From positions 40,329-104,328 of the forward strand of contig DAOWGI010000027.1 of the NCBI GenBank assembly GCA_030637655.1: a DNA stretch of 64,000 bases, written 5' to 3'. A program made the translations under genes and the position numbers. This DNA is from a candidate division FCPU426 bacterium. Its GTDB lineage: Bacteria; Oederibacteriota; JAAXVQ01; JAUVAV01. Positions 1 to 8,920 of this stretch are shown piece after piece (within the stretch, counting starts at the first letter, position 1; every line of letters begins with the position of its first letter). Below the pieces are notes generated by a model. The model saw only the letters and a list, made by a program, of their open reading frames with translations, made no database searches and was not told the origin of the DNA.

Positions 1-67
1 TTATCTGCGTCTATCTGCGTTCATCGGCGGCTAATTTTGGTTCCATTAGTTCACTGACATGTTACGC
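1..67. repeat. Partial copy, truncated by the window edge, of a palindromic about 140-bp repeat family P. It ends with cattagttcactgacatgttac.
   Basis: Near-identical to 8441-8494 (tatcggcgttcatcggcgg.taatttt..ttccattagttcactgacat.ttac). The inverted arm of the same sequence is at 8371-8400 and at 31365-31395. Confidence 0.5.
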
Positions 68-97
68 GGTCCGGCCACATGTCAATCAAGCGACTGT

Positions 98-691
98 TTA
101 TTTTAAGCCGCGACTGCCGGGCTTAACAATAGGAATCCCTTGCCGGCAAAGCGGACACGTTTCAGGTGAATAAATATCCGCCTGAACTTTCAGCAATGAG
201 GTCAAGGGTGCTCCCAAATCCGGAGTCGTGACACTGCGATCAACAAACGCAGCCACACCGGCCAGCTCGCCGCCTAAAGACTTGGCTAAGTCCATGGCTT
301 CTTTAACCGACCCGCCGGTAGTCACCACGTCCTCAACTGCCAAAATTTTTTCTCCGGGTTTAATGGCAAAGCCGCGGCGCAACGTCATTTTGTTGTCCAC
401 CCGTTCGCAAAAAATTGCCCGAACCTTTGAATTTCCGGCCCGCGTGATGGCTTGGGCCACCTCTTGCGCAATCACAATCCCGCCCACGGCCGGACCCAAG
501 ACCACTGAGACCTCCGTAGCAACAATCTTTTGCGCCAAAGCATCCGCCAATTGAGCGGCCATGACCGGTTGTTGTGTCACCAAAGCGCATTGCAAATACC
601 GGTTGGAGTGCTTCCCGGAACTTAACAGAAAATGTCCGGAGAGCAGCGCTTGGGCTGATTCAAATATTTTTTGTACCTCTGGACCGGTCAT
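98..691 (-). CDS. pyrE: Orotate phosphoribosyltransferase
   Basis: 197 aa. Type I PRTase PRPP-binding motif (ILAVEDVVTTGGS). Last gene of the pyr cluster. Its start overlaps the pyrF stop. Confidence 0.85.
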   Translation of the reverse strand: MTGPEVQKIFESAQALLSGHFLLSSGKHSNRYLQCALVTQQPVMAAQLADALAQKIVATEVSVVLGPAVGGIVIAQEVAQAITRAGNSKVRAIFCERVDNKMTLRRGFAIKPGEKILAVEDVVTTGGSVKEAMDLAKSLGGELAGVAAFVDRSVTTPDLGAPLTSLLKVQADIYSPETCPLCRQGIPIVKPGSRGLK

Positions 692-1416
692 TGACCTGCC
701 TCCTCAATCTCTTGATAAATCGAGCGTGCCACCTGTAATGGGTCCGGTGCTTGGTAAATGGGCCGGCCGACTACAATATAATCCGCACCCGCGGCAATGG
801 CTTGACCGGGTGTCATAATCCGTTTCTGATCCCCTTTGGCGGCTCCTCTTGGCCGGATACCAGGTGTTAAAATAATAAATTCCGGTCCACATGCTTTGCG
901 AATGGCTTTGATCTCCTGAGGACTTGCTACCACACCGTCGAGCCCGGCCGCTTTGGCCATTTTGGCCAGATGCACCACATAAGTCTCTATCTTTCGCCGC
1001 AAACACAACTCGGTTTCCAGTATCTGTTGATTTATCGAAGTAAGTATGGTCACTCCCAAAACCATGGTTTTTGGTTGGCGCAATTTTTTAGAAACAGCCA
1101 CTGCCGCTTTGGCTGCTGCTGCCATCATGGCACTGCCTCCGGAAGTGTGTACATTCACAATGGTCGCTCCGATGCGGCAAGCCGATGTCACGGCTGCCTC
1201 TACCGTATTGGGGATGTCATGAAATTTCGCGTCATAAAATACACCAAATCCCCGGCGCCGCACATGCATAACCGCTTCCGGTCCGGCCGCGGACAACAAT
1301 TGCGCTCCTAATTTGTATTGAGTTACCACACCTTGCATTCGATTCATTAATACATCCGCTGCCTTGATATCATCCAAATCCAAAGCAACAAACAAACGAT
1401 CTTTTGTATTTACCAT
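688..1416 (-). CDS. pyrF: Orotidine 5'-phosphate decarboxylase
   Basis: 242 aa. N-terminal LFVALD motif and overall ODCase similarity. Lies in the pyr cluster. Confidence 0.85.
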   Translation of the reverse strand: MVNTKDRLFVALDLDDIKAADVLMNRMQGVVTQYKLGAQLLSAAGPEAVMHVRRRGFGVFYDAKFHDIPNTVEAAVTSACRIGATIVNVHTSGGSAMMAAAAKAAVAVSKKLRQPKTMVLGVTILTSINQQILETELCLRRKIETYVVHLAKMAKAAGLDGVVASPQEIKAIRKACGPEFIILTPGIRPRGAAKGDQKRIMTPGQAIAAGADYIVVGRPIYQAPDPLQVARSIYQEIEEAGQ

Positions 1417-1419
1417 GTA

Positions 1420-2574
1420 CTACTTTCCTTTCTGTGCTTGGGCCGGTTGCACATTCACCAGCCGGCTTTGCATATAGCGTTCACTATCTTTTTTAGCTTG
1501 CGCAGTAATCACCAACAAGTTTGCGCCGCGTGTCCAAGCCGGCCGGAAAGTCATTTCAATGCGGCCGAGTTGCTTGACATACTTTACCAAAACAGGTGAT
1601 TGACCGCGCCGTACTTGAATGCTGGATACGAGAAGTCGTTTGACAAATTCCGGATCCAAATCCACATAGGCCCGGGTCAAGGGACCGGCAACCAAAACTC
1701 CAAGCGGGGGCTGCCACACTACTACCGGCAGCTCTTGAGTATATAATATTTTCCGGAATGTTGTCTCACGCATTCCGCGTAAAATCATAGTTCTTTTCAG
1801 CGCTTGTCTTAAGGTACGTTGGCTATTGGTGCCCGGATTCACGGTGAAACAAAATTTATAGCCGGCCTCGGTCGCGACCTCCGCGACAGTTTTATCCCAA
1901 AGTCCATAAGGATATGCCAGCGCCATCACTTCCCCTTTAGACCAGGCCTGTAATTTTTTCCGGGAACCATGCAATTCTTTCTCCAGGCGGATACGATGTG
2001 CTGCCGCCGATTCACCGGAACGCAATTTGTTCAGCTTAGGATGCGTGGCCGAATGGGATCCAACAGCAAAACCTTGCGCTTGTAATTCCAGCAAATCCCG
2101 GCGAGACAAACCCAGTCGCGAACCTATAAAATCCGTATAAATAAACAAGGTCGCCGGGTAGCCGTACTTTCGTAAAACCGGTTCAGCCTGCTTACGAAAA
2201 TCTTTGTACCCGTCATCCACAGTAATTAACATCGCTTTTTTCGGCAAAGGTGTGGTGCCCTGCCAACCGGCCTGCAATTGGTCCAACGTGATTGGTACAA
2301 ATCCTTCTTCCGTAATAATCTCCAATTGCCGGGTAAATTCTTGAACGCCTACAGAATAAGCATCTTTGGCGCCGTACTTGCCAAAGCGGTGATAGCACAA
2401 AACCGGAACATACTGCTGCCGGGCCTGCCCCGTAGACGCTGATATACTTTCCCGGTTACCGGCGGATTCCATCGGCGATTGGGCGGCCAGAACGGGGCTG
2501 CACAGCAGCCAGGGTATCAGCATGACCCCCGGCAATATTCGCCAAAAATGTGTTGTGTTATTATTTGTTCTCAT
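1420..2574 (-). CDS. Secreted polysaccharide deacetylase family protein (NodB homology)
   Basis: 384 aa. N-terminal signal peptide. NodB motif ITVDDGYKD. Sits inside the pyr operon between pyrD and pyrF. Confidence 0.7.
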   Translation of the reverse strand: MRTNNNTTHFWRILPGVMLIPWLLCSPVLAAQSPMESAGNRESISASTGQARQQYVPVLCYHRFGKYGAKDAYSVGVQEFTRQLEIITEEGFVPITLDQLQAGWQGTTPLPKKAMLITVDDGYKDFRKQAEPVLRKYGYPATLFIYTDFIGSRLGLSRRDLLELQAQGFAVGSHSATHPKLNKLRSGESAAAHRIRLEKELHGSRKKLQAWSKGEVMALAYPYGLWDKTVAEVATEAGYKFCFTVNPGTNSQRTLRQALKRTMILRGMRETTFRKILYTQELPVVVWQPPLGVLVAGPLTRAYVDLDPEFVKRLLVSSIQVRRGQSPVLVKYVKQLGRIEMTFRPAWTRGANLLVITAQAKKDSERYMQSRLVNVQPAQAQKGK

Positions 2575-3194
2575 AACTTCCCGTCCCTATCCTTTCCTGC
2601 CATAACCGCGACAGTGGGTGTTGAGTCCCGGGGCCAAAGCATACGACTTAGCCTGTACAACCCCCAGCCCAAAGTAATTCCAATACCATACCCGACTAAC
2701 ACATCAGCCGGATAGTGCCCGCCGGAATAAATAGTTCCTAAACCAATCAACAAAGCAAATATGACAGCCCAGATTCGCGTTCTGGCATCCAGAGAACCGG
2801 CCACCATAGCCAGCGCGGCGGCACTGGCAGCGTGAGTCGAAGGAAAAGAGAGCGAAACACTGAATAAATCATTGAGCGGCACACACAAATGAACATCCGA
2901 AAGGATCATAAACGGCCTCGGCCTGTTAAAAAACAACTTTAATAGTTGATTATGGAGCAGATTGGAAACCAGCACCGCTGTTCCTCCCCACAGCCCAAGC
3001 GCTAAGGCTTTGCGCCAGCCGGCCCACACACCATAGCCGGCCATGACTACCAGCAAAAAGAGTAAAATCAATTGGTCGCGTGCTAAGAGATACGTAAGAT
3101 CAGCCAACACACGAACATACAACGTATCATTGATAAAACGAAAAAGGGCAACATCTATATGAACCATTTTTTCTACAAAAATCTGAAAACTCAC
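2571..3194 (-). CDS. PAP2-family membrane phosphatase (undecaprenyl-diphosphatase or phosphatidate phosphatase-like)
   Basis: 207 aa with multiple TM segments. PAP2 motif SFPSTHAA. The ORF overlaps both neighbouring genes by 4 nt. Confidence 0.6.
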   Translation of the reverse strand: MSFQIFVEKMVHIDVALFRFINDTLYVRVLADLTYLLARDQLILLFLLVVMAGYGVWAGWRKALALGLWGGTAVLVSNLLHNQLLKLFFNRPRPFMILSDVHLCVPLNDLFSVSLSFPSTHAASAAALAMVAGSLDARTRIWAVIFALLIGLGTIYSGGHYPADVLVGYGIGITLGWGLYRLSRMLWPRDSTPTVAVMAGKDRDGKL

Positions 3195-4114
3195 AATTGT
3201 GCTGCTCCAATGATTTTATTCAAGGACGCCATACGATGTTGTTTGAGATAAGCCGTGATGCCGGACACAATGGTCTCGGCGATTTTCGGATCCCGAAACG
3301 TGCCGGTTCCGATCTGAATAGCGCCGGCTCCGGCCAATATAAATTCCAGCGCGTCCTCCGCGGTTTCAATACCGCCCACACCAACGATTGGAATTGATAC
3401 CGCTTGCTTTACTTTATAAACCAGATGAATGGCCACCGGCTTAACCGCCGGCCCGGACAACCCACCAATAGTATTGGCCAATATAGGCCTCTGTTTTTCT
3501 ACATCAATGCGCATGCCGATCAAGGTATTCATTACAGTCAAGGCGTCGGCGCCACTCTCTTCCGCCGCACGGGCCAGAGTTACCATATCCGTAACATTAG
3601 GCGAAAGTTTTACCCACAACGGCAAATGCGTTTTTCGACGTACAGCTTTAACCAATCGCGACAACACGACCGGATCCCGGCCAAACTCAATTCCACCAGC
3701 CTGTACATTAGGACAAGATACATTAAGCTCAATTCCTGCCAGCGGTTTCCGGTCCGCCAATCGTGTCACCACTTCCAAATATTCCGTTGGGGTTGATCCG
3801 GCTACATTCGCAATAACCGCACAGGACAATTTTTTCAAAGCCGGTAGTTTATCGTGACAAAAAGTGTCCACCCCTACATTAGCCAACCCAATGGCATTCA
3901 GCATACCGGCCGCGCACTCCACCACGCGCGGCATGGCGTTTCCCTCTCGCGGCTGCAGGGTAATACTCTTGGCCACCAACCCGCCAAGAGCTTGAAAGCC
4001 AACCAAGCCTGAGAGTTCTGTGCCGTAGCCACAGGTTCCGGAAGCCAAAAGCACAGGGTTTCGCAACTGCACGCCGCCAATATTTATTTTTAACGATGGT
4101 TGTTTTGCCCTCAT
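3191..4114 (-). CDS. pyrD: Dihydroorotate dehydrogenase catalytic subunit (class 1B)
   Basis: 307 aa. N-terminal GVQLRNPVLLASGTCGYG, typical of PyrD. Adjacent to pyrK. Confidence 0.85.
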   Translation of the reverse strand: MRAKQPSLKINIGGVQLRNPVLLASGTCGYGTELSGLVGFQALGGLVAKSITLQPREGNAMPRVVECAAGMLNAIGLANVGVDTFCHDKLPALKKLSCAVIANVAGSTPTEYLEVVTRLADRKPLAGIELNVSCPNVQAGGIEFGRDPVVLSRLVKAVRRKTHLPLWVKLSPNVTDMVTLARAAEESGADALTVMNTLIGMRIDVEKQRPILANTIGGLSGPAVKPVAIHLVYKVKQAVSIPIVGVGGIETAEDALEFILAGAGAIQIGTGTFRDPKIAETIVSGITAYLKQHRMASLNKIIGAAQL

Positions 4115-4127
4115 TTTATTCCCTTTC

Positions 4128-4341
4128 GTAACTACTCAGGTCTGCAAAAAGCGGGTCACTTTGGTCTTTTTTTAAGCGTGGCAGCGGTAACTGCAAAGAT
4201 GTGGTTTAGAAAAACCCATCCCCCTATTGCCCGTTATCAGCCTAGACCTTGGTTTTCCGCTTTGCCATGCTGGAAAAAAGACCAAAGTGACCTGCCCGAC
4301 GTGAATATTTGAATACTTTTTTTACACTCCTGAGTAGTTAC
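4128..4341. repeat. Copy 1 of a 214-bp hairpin-forming repeat (family R1) with terminal inverted repeats gtaactactcagg / cctgagtagttac
   Basis: About 88% identical to 5118-5331. Internal long-range inverted repeat ggtcactttggtcttttt (4156-4174) / aaaaaagaccaaagtgacc (4282-4300). The right terminus contains the pyrK stop codon TAA (4338-4340). Confidence 0.7.
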
Positions 4342-5093
4342 TCCCATTCAACCTCAAAGGCATTAAATACCGGCCCGTCTTTGCATACCCGCTGATAGGT
4401 TCCAGCTACGCGAACCACACACCCATTGCACACACCCATTCCACATGCCATAACTTCTTCCAATGAAACTTCCGTTGGAATCGCGTGCTTACGGGCAATC
4501 TGAGTTACAGCCCGTAACATCGGATTAGGTCCTGCGGCGGCAATTATTACCTTATGCTTCAGTTGACTAAGCCGCTCTTCCAATACTTGCGTGACCAATC
4601 CCCGGGCGCCAAAACTTCCATCTTCGGTCGCGCAAGCCAAGGTGGCTCCCGCCTGCCTTAGCTCTCGGCGTAACAGCAAGTCTTTTTTACAACGACCGCC
4701 CATCAGCACTTCCGCCGAACGACCTTGCGCTTTCACTTTATCCAAGAGAAACAGTAAGGGCGCTATGCCAAAACCACCGCCAACCAAAAGCCTGGGGGTT
4801 TTTCCGGATAGTGTAAATCCGTTGCCAAACGGACCGGTGATATCAATATCATCTCCCAGGCTTTGCTGAGCAAGAAGTTGCGTGCCCCTGCCCACGGTTT
4901 TGACGAGCAGCTCAATAGTTGTGGCCGTGGCGCGACAAATCGAAAAAGGACGGCGCCAAAACGGCGATTGCTCTCCTGCCACTTTTATCTCCACAAATTG
5001 CCCGGGTTTGGCTGCGCGAGCAATGCTCGGAGCGTTAAACACCAAATAATGGTACACACCTAAACGCTTATGTTTTATTAAAACAGCTTTCAT
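4338..5093 (-). CDS. pyrK: Dihydroorotate dehydrogenase electron-transfer subunit
   Basis: 251 aa. FAD/NAD-binding fold and C-terminal 2Fe-2S cysteine cluster (CGMGVCNGC). Confidence 0.8.
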   Translation of the reverse strand: MKAVLIKHKRLGVYHYLVFNAPSIARAAKPGQFVEIKVAGEQSPFWRRPFSICRATATTIELLVKTVGRGTQLLAQQSLGDDIDITGPFGNGFTLSGKTPRLLVGGGFGIAPLLFLLDKVKAQGRSAEVLMGGRCKKDLLLRRELRQAGATLACATEDGSFGARGLVTQVLEERLSQLKHKVIIAAAGPNPMLRAVTQIARKHAIPTEVSLEEVMACGMGVCNGCVVRVAGTYQRVCKDGPVFNAFEVEWE

Positions 5094-5117
5094 GTTACTT
5101 CCTTATACTTCTTTTTT

Positions 5118-5331
5118 GTAACTACTCAGGTCTGCAAGGAGCAGGGCGCTTTGGTTTTTTTTCAAGCGTGGCAGCGGTAACTGTGTAGATGTGGTTTAGA
5201 AAAGCATATCCCCCTATTGCCCGTTAGCAGCCTGGACCTTGGTTTTCCGCTTTGCAATGCTTGAAAAAAGACCAAAGTGACCTGCCAGGTGTGAATATTT
5301 GAATACTTTTTTTACCCACCTGGGTAGTTAC
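5118..5331. repeat. Copy 2 of repeat family R1, with TIRs gtaactactcagg / cctgggtagttac
   Basis: Same architecture and length as copy 1. The right terminus contains the pyrC stop codon TAA (5328-5330). Confidence 0.7.
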
Positions 5332-6635
5332 TCTTTTTTGGTTGGCGTTTTTTCTCGTTGATAGACTATTTTCCCGGCAACCAGGGTTGCTGCTACTTCT
5401 CCTTTTACCTTCCAACCTTCAAACGGTGTGTTGTACGACTGGCTCTGGAACTGTGCTGCTTGAATGGTGCGTTCCGCTTTGTCGGCAAAAACCACCACAT
5501 CCGCATCCGCATTAACTGATAACGTGCCTTTGGGGATTTTGAGAATCTTGGCTGGTTGATAACTCAAACAATTGATAGCATCCAATAGCGACACGCCTTG
5601 ACCTTCCACCAACGCTGTGAGCGTTAAGGACAACGAGGTCTCCAAACCACAGATGCCCGGCGCAGACAGCGCAAATTCCCTTTCTTTCTCACGACGTGAG
5701 TGCGGCGCGTGATCCGTGGCAATCGCATCAAGCGTCCCGTCTTTCAATCCAGCCAGCAAAGCCTGCTGATCCGATTGTTCGGAAATAGGCGGATTCACCC
5801 GGATATTGGTATCATAGTCGCTTAAACATTCATCCGTCAATACCAAGTAATGCGGAGCTGTCTCCGCCGTCACCGGCACACCACGTGCTTTAGCTTCCCG
5901 GATAATACGCACCGCGCCGGCAGTGGAAACGTGCGGTATGTGAATCCGGCTTCCGATCTCCTCGGCCAATAATACATCACGCGCGATCATCACTTCCATG
6001 GCAGAACGTGGAATTCCTGCCAAGCCTAAGACGGTTGCCATAAACCCGGCATGCGCAACCCCTTTACCGGACAGCGCTTTTTCCTCAGCATGATTAATAA
6101 TCAACAGGTCCAACATACCGGCATACTGCATGGCACTGCGCATCAAGACCGGCGAGCTTACCGGATCGCCGTCATCAGAAACCGCAATTACGCCGGCGGC
6201 TTTGAGTTCACCCATCTCTGTTAGTTTGTTTCCTTCACGGTTGCGGGTGATACATGCCACCGGAAAAACATTCACCACACCCTGACTTTTTGCTTTGGAA
6301 AGAATTAGTTCCACCATGGCCAGATTATCAATGGGCGGATCGGTATTGGGCATGCACGCCACACTGGTAATACCACCAGCCGCGGCTGCCCGGGTGCCGG
6401 AGGCAATAGTTTCTTTATATTCCGCTCCCGGCTCACGTAAATGCACATGCATGTCCACCAAACCGGGAGCAACCACTTTGCCTGTGGCCTCTATGGTCTG
6501 GTCTTGCTTCCCGGTTTTTATTGCGTTTAGTTTGGTAAGCGCGGTAATTTTTCCTTTTTCCATCCAGAGATCACCTACCGCATCGTGCCCGGAAGCCGGA
6601 TCCAGAATCCTACCGCCTTTAATCACTGTTCTCAT
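5328..6635 (-). CDS. pyrC: Dihydroorotase
   Basis: Metal-binding DMHVHLREPG motif. Start taken at MRTVIKGG (ATG 6635, GGAGGTG RBS) rather than at the upstream ORF-track start. Confidence 0.85.
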   Translation of the reverse strand: MRTVIKGGRILDPASGHDAVGDLWMEKGKITALTKLNAIKTGKQDQTIEATGKVVAPGLVDMHVHLREPGAEYKETIASGTRAAAAGGITSVACMPNTDPPIDNLAMVELILSKAKSQGVVNVFPVACITRNREGNKLTEMGELKAAGVIAVSDDGDPVSSPVLMRSAMQYAGMLDLLIINHAEEKALSGKGVAHAGFMATVLGLAGIPRSAMEVMIARDVLLAEEIGSRIHIPHVSTAGAVRIIREAKARGVPVTAETAPHYLVLTDECLSDYDTNIRVNPPISEQSDQQALLAGLKDGTLDAIATDHAPHSRREKEREFALSAPGICGLETSLSLTLTALVEGQGVSLLDAINCLSYQPAKILKIPKGTLSVNADADVVVFADKAERTIQAAQFQSQSYNTPFEGWKVKGEVAATLVAGKIVYQREKTPTKKE

Positions 6636-7557
6636 CGGACTCACCTCCAGATAACAAATATAGAACGGCCATTCGCACAGCCACACCATTGGTCACCTGA
6701 TCCAATATAACCGCATTCGGACCATCGGCTACACGGGGTGATATTTCAATGCCGCGATTCATGGGACCTGGATGCATAATCAGAACATCCGGTTTGGCCA
6801 GTTTTAAACGACGCGCGTTCACACCATACAAGTGCGCGTATTCTCTGGCACTGGGAAAGCAATGCCCGTCTTGCCGTTCCAGCTGAATACGCAGAATATT
6901 TATTACATCCGCGCCGGCAATCGCTTCTTCCAGGCGATAATAGACTTCCACTCCCAATTTGGCAAAACTTTTAGGAATCAAGGTGGCCGGACCGACGATC
7001 CGGACTTTAGCTCCAAGTTTGAGCAATCCTCTAATGTTGGAGCGTGCCACGCGTGAATGCGTGATATCCCCCACCAAGGTCACAATCAAATCCGTAAATG
7101 ATTTTTTATATTCACGAATGGTGTACAGGTCCAGCAAACCCTGCGTGGGATGCGCGTGCGTTCCATCCCCGGCGTTAATCACAGAGGCTTTGCTGTTTTT
7201 GGCAACCAGTCCAACCGCGCCCGAACAGGAATGCCGCATGATAATCGTATGCACATTCATGGCTTCTATATTACTTACGGTGTCCAGCAAACATTCACCC
7301 TTCACCAGCGATGACGCGGAAGCGGTAAAATTAACCACATCCGCCGAAAGCCGCTTGGCCGCTAATTCAAAAGAAGTCCGTGTGCGCGTTGATGGTTCAA
7401 AAAATAGATTCACTACTGTTTTCCCGCGTAAGGCCGGCACTTTCTTGATGGGACGCTGTCCCACTTCTTTAAAGGACTTGGCGGTATCCAATATTTCTAT
7501 AATTTCTTCCACGCTTAGCGCATGCAGGGTTAATAAGTCCTTGCTTTTCAGTCCCAA
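6619..7557 (-). CDS. pyrB: Aspartate carbamoyltransferase catalytic subunit
   Basis: STRTRTSFE carbamoyl-phosphate motif. The true start is probably TTG at 7557 (AAGGGGG RBS), giving MGLKSKDLLTLHALS and about 312 aa. The ORF-track start at 7653 would overlap pyrR by 80 nt. Confidence 0.8.
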   Translation of the reverse strand: MGLKSKDLLTLHALSVEEIIEILDTAKSFKEVGQRPIKKVPALRGKTVVNLFFEPSTRTRTSFELAAKRLSADVVNFTASASSLVKGECLLDTVSNIEAMNVHTIIMRHSCSGAVGLVAKNSKASVINAGDGTHAHPTQGLLDLYTIREYKKSFTDLIVTLVGDITHSRVARSNIRGLLKLGAKVRIVGPATLIPKSFAKLGVEVYYRLEEAIAGADVINILRIQLERQDGHCFPSAREYAHLYGVNARRLKLAKPDVLIMHPGPMNRGIEISPRVADGPNAVILDQVTNGVAVRMAVLYLLSGGESDENSD

Positions 7558-7573
7558 GCGCTTGTCCCCCTTT

Positions 7574-8131
7574 TCATTCTTTGCTCCCTGGAGCTTGTAA
7601 CTGTATGACGTCCGGTTCCGGGCCTTCCTGTAATTGCACCACAACTTTTTCACTTCGGGCCGTAGGCAAATTCTTGCCTACAAAATCAGCATGAATTGGC
7701 AACTCACGATGTCCTCGATCCACCATCACCGCCAACTGAATTTGTTGCGGCCGTCCGTAATTATTGAGTTCATCCATGGCAGCTCTAATAGTTCGGCCGG
7801 TAAACAACACGTCATCGACCAGGACCACGCGTTTCGCTTCCAAATCAAAAGGTAAATGTGTGGGTTGCTTACTCGCTTGTCGTTTCGCATTTCTATGCGC
7901 GTCATCGCGATGAAACGTGATATCCAAGGCGCCGACCGGAGGTGTTGTGCCTTCAATGGCACCAATGTGTTTAGCAATACGTTTGGCAATTATATCCCCG
8001 CGTTTTAGAATTCCGATCAAAACCATGTTTTCCACTCCGTGATTGCGTTCACAAATTTCATGCGCAATACGAGACACTGCCCGTCTTATGGTTTCAGCAT
8101 CCATGACTTGCTTGGTTTTTATTTCCGACAT
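7574..8131 (-). CDS. pyrR: Bifunctional pyr operon regulator / uracil phosphoribosyltransferase PyrR
   Basis: PRTase motif VLVDDVLFTGRT. Start ATG 8131 (MSEIKTKQV) preceded by a GGAGGG RBS. First gene of the operon. Confidence 0.85.
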   Translation of the reverse strand: MSEIKTKQVMDAETIRRAVSRIAHEICERNHGVENMVLIGILKRGDIIAKRIAKHIGAIEGTTPPVGALDITFHRDDAHRNAKRQASKQPTHLPFDLEAKRVVLVDDVLFTGRTIRAAMDELNNYGRPQQIQLAVMVDRGHRELPIHADFVGKNLPTARSEKVVVQLQEGPEPDVIQLQAPGSKE

Positions 8132-8145
8132 GGTTTCCCTCCGTT

Positions 8146-8260
8146 GGCCAAAAAAAAACCTCCCCTGTGTCTTGCCAAATGGGAGGTTTTCCAGCTGTAG
8201 CATTAGTCTAAAACAGCACCCTTTCCAGTCTCGCAGAACCAGTTTAAAGGATTGTTTTTT
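8146..8260 (-). promoter_or_regulatory. pyr leader with candidate PyrR-dependent transcription attenuator (terminator hairpin plus U-run directly upstream of pyrR)
   Basis: On the minus strand the hairpin aacctcccatttggcaagacacaggggaggtt (8183-8152) is followed by nine U (8154-8146). Upstream leader contains CUGCGAGACUGGAAAGG, resembling a PyrR binding loop. Confidence 0.45.
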
Positions 8261-8342
8261 CGTTTCTGACAATACCCCGGCTTTGACTTTCTGTCAAGGA
8301 AGATTGCCGGAGAAAATTATCATGTGAGTGAAGCGGGAAAAA

Positions 8343-8494
8343 CCTAATCCGGATAAATCGGAACCAAAATTAGCCGCCGATAAACGCAGATAGACGCAGA
8401 TATTTATAGCTTAAGAGATAAAATAATTTTAATCTATATTTATCGGCGTTCATCGGCGGTTAATTTTCTTTTCATTAGTTCACTGACATATTAC
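8343..8494. repeat. Full copy of palindromic repeat family P (MITE-like)
   Basis: Left arm cctaatccggataaatcggaaccaaaattagccgccgataaacgcagata pairs with right arm tatcggcgttcatcggcggttaatttt. Ends with cattagttcactgacatattac. Related copies at 1-67 and 31365-31488. Confidence 0.6.
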
Positions 8495-8564
8495 GGAGAA
8501 AAGATAATATAATGGCGCAGAGGCGGTTGTCTTTGGTTTGTTATTTTATGGCCCTAAATAAAAA

Positions 8565-8596
8565 CCGGGGGAACAAAATTGTTCCCCCGCTTTTTA
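8565..8596. terminator. Rho-independent terminator (ccgggggaacaaaattgttcccccg plus T-run)
   Basis: Perfect 10-bp stem with a T-tract on either strand. Lies just downstream of the small K-rich ORF on the minus strand. Confidence 0.5.
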
Positions 8597-8626
8597 GAAC
8601 TTATAATTCACCTGCTGGTGCATAAA

Positions 8627-8737
8627 TTATTTCTTTTTCTTTGCGACTTTCTTCTTCACGACTTTCTTCTTCACCACTTTTTTCGCCGCGACTTTCTTCT
8701 TCACCACTTTCTTCGCCGCTTTCTTTTTCACTGGCAT
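8627..8737 (-). CDS. 36-aa lysine-rich small protein (MPVKKKAAKKVVKKKVAAKKVVKKKVVKKKVAKKKK), not in the ORF track
   Basis: ATG at 8737 is preceded by a perfect AGGAGGTGA Shine-Dalgarno with 6-nt spacing. Terminator immediately downstream. Composed of KKV(V/A) repeats. Confidence 0.5.
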   Translation of the reverse strand: MPVKKKAAKKVVKKKVAAKKVVKKKVVKKKVAKKKK

Positions 8738-8920
8738 TCTCTCACCTCCTTTACGTAATGGTTGTTTTTTTAGCCATCACTTAGTTTAATTATTTATAAC
8801 ACAGATTGTTCACTTTAATAAATATTTTTTTGTTCTTTGCTGATTTTTTTTAAAACAAAATATATTTTCTTACTTACTAAAGAGTATCGTGATAATTTTA
8901 TTTTTAATTAAATTGTTTTT

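Noticed and set aside
228-1311. Plus-strand ORFs (228-554, 561-818, 970-1311) and minus-strand ORFs 360-590 and 704-1006 overlapping pyrE and pyrF
   Set aside because: They are antisense or alternative-frame shadows of the strongly supported pyrE and pyrF genes, with low-complexity translations and no RBS.
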